This document shows positions 12,736 to 25,300 of a stretch of DNA of 64,000 nt, piece after piece (position 1 is the first letter of the stretch; the number at the start of each line of letters is the position of its first letter). Location of the stretch: the NCBI GenBank assembly GCA_951804945.1, contig OX638156.1, forward strand, positions 40,176,001 through 40,240,000, written 5' to 3'. Source of the DNA: Podarcis cretensis (lineage: Eukaryota). The notes beneath the pieces were generated by a model. It was given only the letters and a program-made list of their open reading frames with translations, had not been told where the DNA came from and did no database searches. The position numbers and the translations under genes are program-made.

Positions 12736-15700
12736 AACTCCCTTCCTCTTGACATCAAGGAGGCCCTTCGCTGTACTCTTTTCAGGGCCTGGGTATAACT
12801 TTTATTTAAGGGAGGCCTATCCAGACATGTAGATGTTGGCACCCTTTAATCTTTTTTGGCTGTTTTAATTATTTTAAACTGTTTCTCTTTCTCGATAATT
12901 TTAATGGTTTTTGTAAACTGGTTAGAGATTTTACTTCAATCAAGAAGTGTATACATTTTGTTAAAGGCCCTATTGTTGAGTCCTGTTCCTTATGCCCGCT
13001 GTCACCTGTGTGCCCAATAATGTCTTGTACAATTTGAGTATGGTGGTTGCCAATTTCCCTTGCAAAATCAAAGCAACGCAGAGTCTTCCATGTCTTAGAA
13101 ATATGGTTCGTTCCCACATATTTACACCTGGAGCCTTCAAGAGCGGGGCTGCAGAACATTACACCCAAAGAGTGTCCCTCAATGCTTCTCTCATAGCTTC
13201 AGCAAACTTGGCTCCAAAGCAACAGCCAGTTATGGCCCCTGGTATGCAGCCTCTTCCAGCCAGGGTTCAGGAATCCATTAGTTGGAGTCTTCTCAAACTC
13301 TAACCCTTCAGAGATTGCCTCCCCAATCATAACAATAAGGAACATAGGAAACTATGATTTTGAGTCAGACCACTTGATCCATCTAGCTCAGTATTGTCTG
13401 CACTGACCGGCAGCAGCCCTCCAGGACTTCAAGCAGGGATCTCTCCCAGCCCTTCCTGGAGATGCTGGTGATTGAATTCTGCAGGCAAAGCAGTTGCTTT
13501 TCCACTGAGCTGCAACCCAAGAGTCTGACAGTGCAGATGGCAACTGTTGACATTCCAAGCTAGTCACAGGGGCTACTAATTGACCAGGAAAAATCAGGCC
13601 TACTCTGCTGCCCTGTGCCTTTAGCAGAGGCTGGCTGGTGGCAGAGGCTGCTGTTGTTGCTGCTGCTGCTGCTGCTGGGGTGGCGGGGGGGGGGGAGAAG
13701 AGATGTGGCTGGGTGAGGAGGAGGCGGTCATGTGACTGTTCGGCATGAAATTGCTGCTGCTTGTCCAAAAAGGTCACCTTGGAATGCTGCAGAGGGAGAG
13801 GGGGGCTGCAGGGAAGGTGGCTGGGAGGCTGATCTGCCACAGCCTGAAAAAGGAGGGAGGCAGGAAAAAAGCTGTCAAGAGAACAGAATGGAAAGCTGCA
13901 GGCTGATTCCTTGCAGGCTTGTTCTAGGCTGCGCTGGGAGCAGAGCTGGACCAGGGACCTTGTTTCCATGCCACCCCTTTCCCCTGAAATTTCTGTCCCT
14001 GAGAATCTGGACAATGCTAGTGGCAAACCATTGTAGTCCAGTATGTGTTTCTGTGTTGCAGGGAGTTGCACTAGATGACCCTGTGCTGGCTGGGGCTGAT
14101 GGGAGTTGTAGTCCAACATCTGGAGGGCGCCAGGTTGGCAAAGGCTGCCCTAAAGTGTGTGTGGGCCAGCATGGCTTGCTCCCGCCAACCCCAGCATCAT
14201 ATGCTTGTGCTGGCTGGGGCTGATGGGAGTTGGAGTCCACCAATATCTGGAGGTTGAAGTCTGTTCTGTGGGAAACGCCAAAGGTTAGCACACTCAGCAG
14301 CAAGGACTGGCGCAATGGTGTTCTCCACCAGCAAGGCAAGAAGTTGGCACGAGAAAGGGGAAGATCAGTAGGCCTGGTCCCACGGAGCAGCTGGGGAAAG
14401 CAGGCCAGGCCTTCTGCAAGGCCCATGGCTAGTGCTGCTGGCTATGGTTGAGGCAGGCAACACAAGTTGCCTCAGCAGAGTCTTGGATGAGCTGGCAGAG
14501 CTTCAGTGTGTGGGTGTGGTAGTCGAGATGGAAGCACCACCCTCTGGATGTGCCATCTGGCCACTTAAAAGGCCAGTGCGTTTTTCTAGGCCGTGAGGCA
14601 TTATCAGTGGTTCCCAAAGTGGGGAGTAGTGGGGGGGGGCAAGCAGTTTATGGAACCAAGAAGACAGTGGCCAGAAAAGTTTGGGAACCACTGTTTCAGG
14701 CTCTGGGGACTGCCTTTTAGTCTCCTCGGGGTTCCCCTGACCTCTCAAAGCCACCTGTGTCTGGTGGCAGAGGTGTCTCTTCAGAGGGCTCTGGTGCCAG
14801 TGCAGTTAACCACCCACCAATTCAATCTACATTTACACATAACAATGAACAAATGCAAATTTGTGTCATTCTCCGACCCTTTTAAGCACCTAGCAATTTC
14901 ACAGGTTCCTTGTTAGTTGGACTACTGGGCCCCTGAGGGCCAGGGATGATGGTTTCCCAGCACTAGGCAGTTACACTGGTGCAGAAACAGCTTGAAAGGA
15001 ATATTTCTTCCTCCCCACACCTGGCTGACATTAGGGCACAAACAGGTCACACAGGAGAGCCAGTGTGGTGTTCATGGTTAGAGTGTTAGACTGTGACCTG
15101 GAAGACTGGAGTTCGAATCCACACTCATCCCTGAAGCCCACTGGGTGACCTTGGGCCAGTCACTGCCTCTCAGCTTAGCCTACCTCACAGGGTTGTTGTG
15201 AGGATAGAATAGGAAGTTGAGAACCACACACACCACCTTGAGCTCCTTGGAGGAAACAATGGTTTATAAATGCTATAAATACAATAATAAAATAAAGGGC
15301 AGGGCAACCAGCGCTCAGAATTTATTTCCAAGGACATGCTTCTTTGTTCCTCAAGCTTTGCAACCTTTTTTTGTCCTGAGTCCTGTTGACTTTGACTCTG
15401 TCTCTCTTCCCGCCCCCACTTTGATCCCTTGCAGACAAGCTTTGCTTCAACACTTTCTTCAACTTTGAGGATATGCAAGAGATCACCAAGCACTTTGTGG
15501 TCTGCCATGTGGATGCTCCTGGGCAGCAGGCGGGGGCCTCACAGTTCCCTCAGGGGTAGGTGCCTCCCATGGAGCAGCCTCTCCCAAACTGGCACCCCTC
15601 CAGGCATTTTGGATTACAACTACAACTCCCATTATCCACCAGCATCATATGGCTGAGCTGGCTGGGGCTGAAAGGAGTTGTAGTCTGAAACGTCTAGGAC

Positions 15701-18700
15701 ACACTCTGTTCTTGCTGTGTTATGGGATTGCTTGATCATCATTGCTACACCTGTCTTCCAGCACAGCTGGCCACACCTGGCCAGGTTTCCCATCAGGGAT
15801 GAGGAATGTGTTGCTCTCTAGGTGTTGTCGGACCTCAGCTTCCGTCATCTCCAGCCGTCAGCCAGGTGGGCTGGAGCCAACGAGAATTGCACTTGGACCC
15901 CATCTGGAAGGGCACAGGGTTCTCCATCCCTGCCTTAAACAGAGTCCCTCAAACACTCCCTTGTGGGTCATGCTGTGGTGATGGTTGTAACTTGGCAACC
16001 TAGTGAGGATGTGAAACTTGTGGTGGATGACGACCTCATTGCATGCTGATATCAACTCTTCCTTGGAGGAATAACTGTCATGGGTCTGGGTATCAGTCAT
16101 GTTGGTCATGTGAGCTGGCCCTGGTTCGAGGCAAACATGGCTGGACCTTCTCTAAGGGTAAATGGCATGGGCAACCAATAGCTCAGATGCTGAAGCAGGC
16201 CAGCCCCACACTCCCACTGACTGGGGGAGGAAGGAGAGGCCCAGGACTGGCTCAGAGGACGGGGACTTCTCTAAAGGAGAATTGGGGCTTCCCCAGAAGA
16301 GCAAAAAAAGGGGGTGCTTCCCTAGTCCCTGGTTGGTCTTTCCCTCAGATCTCCCCCATCATGCTAGGAAAAGACTTCAACATTGTGTCCTGACTCTCCT
16401 GCTTTGTCTTCACAGGTACCAGTATCCTTCCATGGACCAGCTAGCTGCCATGCTGCCCAGTGTCGTCCAGCACTTTGGGTGAGCCTTGGGTGACCTACTT
16501 TTCCTTGCTGTGATGTGAAATCACATGATGGGGCAGGACTCCCAGAGAGGCAGTGGAAGGAGGAGGATGGTTTTTAATTTAGCTTGGAGCAAAAGCATCA
16601 TACCTTTGCCAGCCTCTTGCCCTCTAGATGTTTTGGACTCTGGTTCCCATCTTCCCCATCACCATGTGGTCCTTCTGGCTGGGGCTGATGTAGTCCAATC
16701 CATCCAGAAGGCAGCAGGATGGAGAAAATGATGGCATGAGTGAATGGTGGATGAAGTAATTGGATAAATTGCCACTGATAAAGCTGAGGAATATTTTAGA
16801 TCTGGTTAATGAGTTGCTTGGAAGGAAATAAATCAGCTGATAGTATTTGTCTTATAAAAGTTCTATGATTAAGATATTTGGCAAACACGAAGCATCAAAC
16901 TTTAGTTGAGTGAAGGAGGCTTGAAGACAGCCACAAAAGTCCACCAGTGGGAGGAAGGAAGGGAAGTGGCTGCCTAGGGGACCACTGATCACTTTTCTTT
17001 CCACAGGTTCAAGTATGTGATCGGGATTGGTGTGGGAGCAGGCGCCTATGTCCTTGCCAAGTTTGCTGTAAGTGATCAGATGGTGGGTGGGTGTGTGTCC
17101 TGCATCGTAGCCAGACAAGGGTTTTGGGTTTTTTAAAAAAACTATCAAGGCCCAGCACCATTTTTGGTGTTTTCCAGGGCAGGGACCTCCAGTCTGATCT
17201 TTGGCATGCTTACTCAATGAAGCTGATTGCCGGGTAAGAAGAGTGATAGTACCAGCAATTCCTATTTGAAGGGATCTGGGACTTGCAGCTCAGGGCTTTG
17301 GAGAGAAAGCGCTTTCTCCACCCCACCCCCCTTTGACTTCCCCAGGGAAGTCTCAAGTTGTGGCTCTGAATTGGACTGACTGTGCCTTGTTACTAGGCAG
17401 AGCAGCCTTCCTTGACTTGGTGCCCTCCAAATGTTTTAGACTACAACTCCCATCAGCTCCAGAAAAGCACTGCTCCGCTGGCTGGGGCTGATGGCAGTCG
17501 TAGTCTAAAAGCATCTGGAGGGCACCAGGTTGGGGAAGGCTAGAGAAGTTTATCCAATCAGCATATTTGTATTTTTAGATTCTAAAGATATAGTGCTTGC
17601 TTTATGATGCTCACTTTTATGCTTACTAATTGCCTCTCTGTCCCAGTGGATACATCTGTGAGCCAGAATAAACTCCATCTGCCTGTCTATCTGTTTTGAT
17701 TTAGCTGATCTTCCCAGATCTGGTTGAAGGCCTTGTTCTGGTCAATGTGGACCCCAATGGCAAAGGTTGGATTGACTGGGCAGCCACCAAGGTGAGACAG
17801 CCTCCCCTCCCTGCTGCTACTGGGTGTGTGTCAGAGCCAAGTCTCTGCAGGCCAATTGAGGTTTCTGATGCTGCTGCTCAAGTAGACTCATTTCTGGGGA
17901 TGGACAACTGAGTGAGGTCTCTTTGGATCCATGGACATCTGTGCAAAAAGCAAAGTTCATGCATCTCCCTCTGACAGCCCATACAGAGCAGCCCATACAG
18001 AGTGGGGTCACAGGACATGTTGGGGGGCAGGTGTTGGCAACTTATTGTTTTATCCATTTTTAACTGCCATTAATACATAAAATGTAGGGAAAAAATCCCC
18101 TCCTTTCCTATCAATAATAAAACTAATTACAATGGCTTCCCTGATTGTTCACTTTTAGTTTGGTTTGCTTAGCATACAAACAAACAAACAAACAAACAAA
18201 CAAACAAACAAACAAACAAACAGCAATATATTCTGAGGTAATTAGTACAAACGATGAGTACATTTGCCCTCATGTGGCTTGTCCTAATTCACTGGTTCAG
18301 TTTCCAGGTATGTTATTACTGCCTGCCAGTCTTTCATAAAATGATCTGTTTCTGTCTCCTTTCTTGGCTTCTAAATTGTTGTGCTAATTGATCCATAATT
18401 AAGAAATCCCAGGGTTTTCTTAACCCAACCCAGGCGTGTAGGGGTTTTCATTTTTGTGCTATCTCAAATTGAGCAGCTGTTCACTAATCTCCATCTAGGG
18501 CCTTGAATTCTTGCTCAAAATATCCCAGAGCGCAATAACCTGTGCAAAAAAAAAAATCAATTTTGCATCTGTTTGCTTAATCCCTGTGACCTCCCCCCAC
18601 CCTTCACCGTTTGCACAACTTGAGAAGAAAAGCAGTTCAACCTTCAGCAATGAAGGCAATGAGTGACTTAGCACAGAAGGGTTGAGAGTGGGATGTGTAG

Positions 18701-21700
18701 AGTGTGCAAATGGCACACAGAGCCTAGCCCCTAAAGAGCTTGCTGCTGCCACTCTTCAGCATCTGCCACCTGAGGTAGCTTCCTCACTCTGCCTAATTAG
18801 AGGGCCAGACCTGGAAGCTTCTCACACATTTAATGTAACAAGCTAGATCTTTTTCAGTGGGCTACTGGGGTGTGCAGCGTGTTCACATGCAACCATTCTT
18901 GGGGCAATTAAAACCCCCACACCTCCCAAAAGAAAGCTGCCTGTGGCTCAGTGCAGTGCTGGATCTGTATAGTAGTTACCATAGTCCTTTGCTCCTATTT
19001 TCCAGCCTTGTGATGGAGGCTTCTCCAACCTGGAGCCCTGCACCAGGGCACACTGCCATTCCTTTTTGTGGGTGTCACAGCTTGGCACATACTTGGTTGG
19101 GTGTGTGATGATGGGTTATCTCAGGAGACAGAGGGCAGGTGGGCAACAGTGGGCCATCCTCAGCTGACAAGACAGCTCCTCCCAAGAGTTCTGCTCCCCA
19201 CTTGGCTTGGGACCAAGTGACTGGGTTCTATGTCCACTCCTGAGCGTCCATTGCCTAGAATGTGCTAACTGAAATTCTTGACTCACCTGTAGGATATTTC
19301 AAGCACATAAACTCTCAGTCATCCTTAGCCCATCACAGTGGACTGCCCTAGCTTAATATCCCTGAACTGCAGAGGGAGAGGCCTGTCTTTAGTCTGCCCC
19401 CTGCCCCCCTGAGTTCACATATAATTTGGGGCTTCATAGTGACCACAAAATAACACTGATGGGCTCAAAAGCTCAGATGACTTTAAAAGGGAATTAGACC
19501 AGCCTTCCCTAGTCAAGGGTCTTCCAGATGTTTTGGACAATGTGCATCATCCCCAGCCCCAGACAGCTGTGCTGGCTGGGGCTGTTGGGAGTTGTAGTCT
19601 GGTTGAGGAAGGCTGAATTAGACAAATTCATGGAACAGGAAAAGATTGTCAACAGCTATTAGGTGTGGAACATCAATTGGGCTTAGAAAGAAAGTCACAC
19701 TTACTTCAGGTTCAGAGGGCATCAGAGTGGACCGTTAGTCTGATATTGCAAGGCAATTAATTCTTTACTCTTATGCTCCTATGCTCTGCTTTCAACTTTC
19801 AGCTCTCTGGCCTGACCAGCACATTGCCTGACACAGTTCTGACTCACCTGTTCAGCCAGGTAAGAAGCATGCAACAGCTATGGAAGGAGCTGGGAGCGGT
19901 GGGGAGTGCTTCTCTGTTAATCTCCTCCCTTCTGCTTTTGGGGCTGTCAAAGGGCAAGACTGAGACACTTCTTGAAAGCCTCTAGCTGGCCCTGTCCAAG
20001 AATGACTGGGGGAACCTCTTTAAAAGGACATTGCAGTCTGAGTCTCCCATGCAAGGAGCTTGAGAGGCAGCCAGGTGGAGGTTGTCACATCCTGACAAGG
20101 TGTTGGTTCCAGTGATGCAGCTTCCCACCTAGTTCTGGCAATATTTTAGTGCAAGCCACCAAAAGAGGGCTTGGGTTTCCCACAGTAAAAAATATCAAAT
20201 GTGACCCTGTGATGCACAGAGATCTCCAGGTGGCTGCACTTTAAGCAGACACTTACAGGTGTGGAGGGCTTGGGGCAGAGAGGAAGTCCCTGTTTAGTTT
20301 CAGCAGTCAATAGCAACAGAATGCCAGAGACTCTGTAAAAGAGATCCAGAGTTCTGCCCCACGAAAACGACACATTTTCAGGGCTGAGACAAAAGCCCTG
20401 AGCCAGGCCTGAACGGTAGCAGGGCTCCTTTAAAACTTCACGCAGGTCTCTTCCCAAGGATGAATCCAGAGAGACCATGCTGGGATGTGTGTGTGAGAGA
20501 GAATATGAAACCAAGTGAAAAGCCACCTGTCTGCAGCACCCCCCTTCTGGCAGGGTATCAAATACCTTTCCTTACCTAGGATCAGGGGTGGCAGCCAGCC
20601 AGCCTGCTCAGCAAACTCAAAATTGCAGGGGTGACCAGACTTCATTTTGTGCTGTGTTTCTAGGCACAAGTCTGCTCTTTAAAGCACCATATCCAAGTGC
20701 TTTGTTTCCCCCCCCCCTACACTTTCCCTGCAAAAACCTGCTCTTTACTGCTGAATCCAAGCAAATAGCAATCTGTGGAAAACCCAAATTGCTGTTTGTT
20801 CTGATTCAGCATCAAAGGGTGGGTTTCTGCAGGGAAAGTGTCAGGGGCAAAGAAAAGTGCTCAGAGACAAGGTACTTTAAAGTGCAGAGCTGTCTCTGGA
20901 AAATGTGGGGCAAAAGTTAAGTACAGCTGAGTCCTAGATTTGCAATTTTAGCCTGGCTCTTAAGTGGTGAGCTGTGCCCTGCAAACAGGTGGATCCAGCA
21001 GAGTCCTTGGGCTCACAGAGGTGCTTTTCCAGTTGATGCCTCCTCCAGCCCAGAACGGTTGCTCTGGTCCTCAGTTGTGCTCTGACTTGGCCTCCTTTCT
21101 GTCTGCCCTCTTTCCACACCCACAGGAAGAGCTGGTGGGGAACACAGAGCTGGTGCAAAGCTATCGGCAGCAGATCAGCAGCATGGTGAACCAGTACAAC
21201 CTCCAGCTCTTCTGGAACATGTACAACAGGTACGTGCAGGGGCTGAAGGAACTGCATGCATCTTGGACCATGCTTTCCTCCCAACAGACAGCTACCACCA
21301 TACTCTCCCCAATTCCCCCCTTTTAAAATTTGCTTGCAAGCACTATAGCTCACATCCAGTTATTATGAAGCTTGTTTTTAATAATACCTTCAAAAAACTA
21401 TTTATTATTGTTTTTATTTATTAAAATGTATATACTACTTGATTGTAAAAGCATCCCCTAAAACCAAGCAAATTTCCTATGCTTGACAGAGAGTTTCTTG
21501 CAGAATTTTACCAATACTTTGTAAATAAAAGGTGAAACACCACAGTGTGATCAGAGGCGGAGCTAGCTGCTCTGGCACCTGGAGTGGCATGCACCCGGGG
21601 GTGGGGCTAGCCGCCCAGGGGGCAGGGCAAGTGCCCCGCCCTGGGGGTGCACTACCCATGATGAGCGTCCTGGGGGGGTGTCACCCCCCCCTCAGGGATG

Positions 21701-22272
21701 ACACCTGGGGCAGACCACACCCACCTTGCTCCACCTCTGGGTATGATGCAAATATTGTAGTCCTGCTGAACTCAGTCGCAGAGCCCCTGCATGTTTGTCT
21801 GCTTCAATTAAAATTCCTCATTTTTTTCTCAGTCGCAGGGACCTGGACATTAACCGACCTGGAAGCATCCCGAACGCCAAGACACTCCGGTAAGCCATTG
21901 ATTTGCTCTAGGGAGGATGAGGAGGGGCCCCGAGCAGAGCAGGTCTCTCCTGCTAATCACGTTTCTCCCCTTGGGGTTTGCAGCTGCCCAGTGATGCTCG
22001 TGGTGGGCGATAACGCACCGGCCGAAGATGGCGTGGTGAGTAAGGAGCTAAGCTCCAAAGGGTTAATCTTCCCTGCTTGAATGATGTCTGGGACCAAGCT
22101 CATAGCATGGGTTTGTCCTTCCCCTAGACTGCAAGCTTGTCTTTTCTTTGAAGGCTGGGGGGAGGCGGGTGGCAGGTACAGTATTTAAGAACAACTAGAG
22201 GCCTCCTGAGAATGCCTTTGCAGACTTCAGGCTAGCCTTCCCCCCCCCCCCCCAGCTTTGGGAAAGAGAGAG

Positions 22273-22333
<61 letters not shown>

Positions 22334-25300
22334 TAGAGAGCTGCAACCCCCCTGGCTCCTAAGGGGATTTATTTATTTATTATTTATTGCATTTACTTCC
22401 TACTTATTTTTTATTATTTTTATTTCATTGCATTTATATCCTACCTTTGTCTCCAAGGAGCTCAATGTGGCTCCTGATCTAATCCTCACAACAACCCTGT
22501 GAGGTAGTTTAGGCTGAGAGTTGCAGTGATTGGCTCAAGGTCACCCTGTGAGCTTCATGGCCAAATGGGGATTTGAATCCCTAGTCTCTCGGTTCATAGT
22601 CCAGCACTGTAACCCCTACACCATACTCCCTATCTTTATTTTTTGAGTCATAGTTAAAAACTGGACTGTCACGTTCCTTTTATTTATTTCAATTGTTGTT
22701 GCCAAAGCTGTACACCACCCCCATTTTGCTACTGTTTCCCTGTTTTTGAGGGTTTACTGCAGTGCCGAAGCTACAGGGAGGCTAGCCAGGTTTTTTGGCC
22801 CAAGTGAAGCTTCCAGAGGGGTGCCACTGAGGCCCCCAGGCTGTGTGTGTGCGTGCACAAATGTGCGAGGGGGTTCCAAACTGGGTCTTTGACCTGGGTG
22901 AAATAAAGCCTAGTTTCGTCCATGGTGTATTGAACCTCAGAGGCTGATTGTGTTGGCTGCTGGGTCACACCACGTGCAGGGCAAGTGATGCTTCTGCTTC
23001 TGGACTTGATGCTATTTTGAAACTCTGACTTTGCTGTTTGTTAGGTTGAATGCAACTCCAAACTGGATCCAACCACCACCACTTTCCTGAAGGTGAGATA
23101 GAGGAAGGGCAAGTCTTCAGGACAAGTCCTAATCCTTAGTCCACTCTCCCCCACCCCTAGATCTCATTCTGTGGAAGTGATTTTGATTCCATCAGAATTT
23201 GCTCTCCCCTTCTTCCTCCCACTGGACTCTTAAGGTCCAAGGACAAACTGCAATGTCTTATGTATCTATACCCCCAAACCCAATTGAAAGTAGGAGCCAT
23301 TGAGACACCCAGTGGGGATGGTGGGGCTTACCCCCATTTACTTATGAGCCACAGTTCTGGAGATGATAGGAGCTACAGGCATTGCACAGGGTGGAAGGCC
23401 ACCAGCAGGGGTCACTCTAGTTCTGGATATCTTGCATTTAAGGCGAGTCGTGAGGTTGGCCCACAAGACCCCTACTGACTTTGTGATTGGTGCAACTTGG
23501 GCTGGGCGCTTCCTGCCCTTTGGGAAGGGGAGCGGGGAGGCTGTTTCAGAAGCCACAGCCCTTCATTAGACATCATGGCAGCCTAGCCTTTCTAAAGAGG
23601 GACAGGACTTGAAGCACAGCGTGTCAGCCCTTCCCTTAATCTTTGTGCTTGCAAAAGCTGCTGCTGCTTCCAGCTCTCTTTCTCCAAATGGGGTTCTGAG
23701 TCTGGAGGAGGCAGCCCTTCTGCTTGCCTTCCCCACCCACAACAGATAGGGATTTGGCACCTGAGCCTCCTAATGTCTCCCTTTCCCTTCACTAGTTGAG
23801 GACGTCGGCCATCTTGAAAAGATGGTGGGCATCTCTGGTTGGTTGATTGGTACAGAGTGGCATTGACTGAAGCCAATGGAAGCTGGGATTTGCAGGCACC
23901 AGGCCCAGCAGTGACTCAAGGGCCCCTTAAGACTGTACAGTGATACCTCGGGTTACATATGCTTCAGGTTACAGAATCCGCTAACCCAGAAATAGTACCT
24001 CGGGTTAAGAACTTTGCTTCAGGATGAGAACAGAAATCGGGTGGGGGTGGCGCAGAGGCAGCGGGAGGCCCCATTAGCTAAAGTGGTGCTTCAGGTTAAG
24101 AACAGTTTTAGGTTAAGAACGGACCTCTGGAACAAATTAAGTACTTAACCCGAGGTACCACTGTACTCCAAGCCTAACCCAACCTGCTGCCTTGCTGATG
24201 TTTTGGACTGCAACTCCCATCAGCCCCAGCTAATGACTGGGCAATGGATGCAAATGAGGGGAGGGGGGGCTGGTCACCTGGAAAGGAAGGTGAAGCTTTT
24301 CTGACTCAAAACTCTGTTTTCCACCCAGATGGCTGATTCTGGTGGGCTCCCTCAAGTCACACAGGTGAGTTCTTCCTCTTCCTCCCTGCTCTTGGTTATT
24401 AGAAGACCTTCTGTGGAGCTCAGAAACCTCCGTCTGGGTGTGCCTGGGCACTTAGGCTGGGTGGGATTCTCCCACCTCTCTTCATTTCACCCAAAATTCT
24501 CTGAGTTGCGTCCTGCTCTAGGATTAGTTGTTGCAGGGAAGTTGTTTTGAAGAAAATCCACATTTTGGTTCCAAACAGTTTAAAGCAAAGCAAAACCCAA
24601 ATATCTCTCTCCCCCCCCTTCCTTGGTGATAGGGAGTTTGTGCGACTGGGCAGGGCAGGGCAGGGGGAGGAGGAGGAGGAGGAGAAATAAAAACAAGATC
24701 AGAATTTAGATTCACAAACTGGATTTAAAATACAGAACCTGAATTTTAAAAGCTCAGATTCAGAAGATATTGGGCTCATCCACATGTGTCTAATATCCAT
24801 GTCCTGAGCTTGATGCACACACCCACACCCGCTATTTTTGCAATGTCTGGTTGTAGGTGCTTTTCTTTCTGTTTTTCATCCGCATCCCTCTGATTTCTTG
24901 AACAGCCTGGAAAACTGACGGAAGCATTCAAGTACTTCCTTCAAGGGATGGGCTACAGTAAGTATTTGTCTAGTTTGAGGGATCAGTGTGCTCAAAAACT
25001 GTATTTGTGTAACCGAGGGATTGTAAGAGATGTTCATGTGTTTGTAATTGGACAGTGTAGAAGCAGGTGACTCAGCAGAGGATAATTTCCTTTTGTCTAA
25101 TGAACTGGCCTAATTTGTACCTCCCAGAATAATATTTGGATGAGAGTATAATTATTCTTTGGATTTCACACTTGGTCAGTATCTGAATTTTATGATGCAG
25201 TTGTCAGCTCAAAGTGTGTACCAAAACATGTATTTTAGGATAAAGCATTTTTTAAATGCATACATAAGACTCATATAGGTATAAATTTTTATTTTGTGAT

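Noticed and set aside
13388-14426. Long ORFs in the ORF track (243, 183 and 163 aa), and 7889-8825 (up to 202 aa)
   Set aside because: Intronic, overlap repeats or low-complexity sequence, and show no recognisable domain. Consistent with chance ORFs in GC-rich DNA.
10557-17542. Recurring palindromic motif as a CRISPR-like array
   Set aside because: Dispersed, irregularly spaced, degenerate copies, some with 8-bp TSDs, in a vertebrate genome. These are MITEs.
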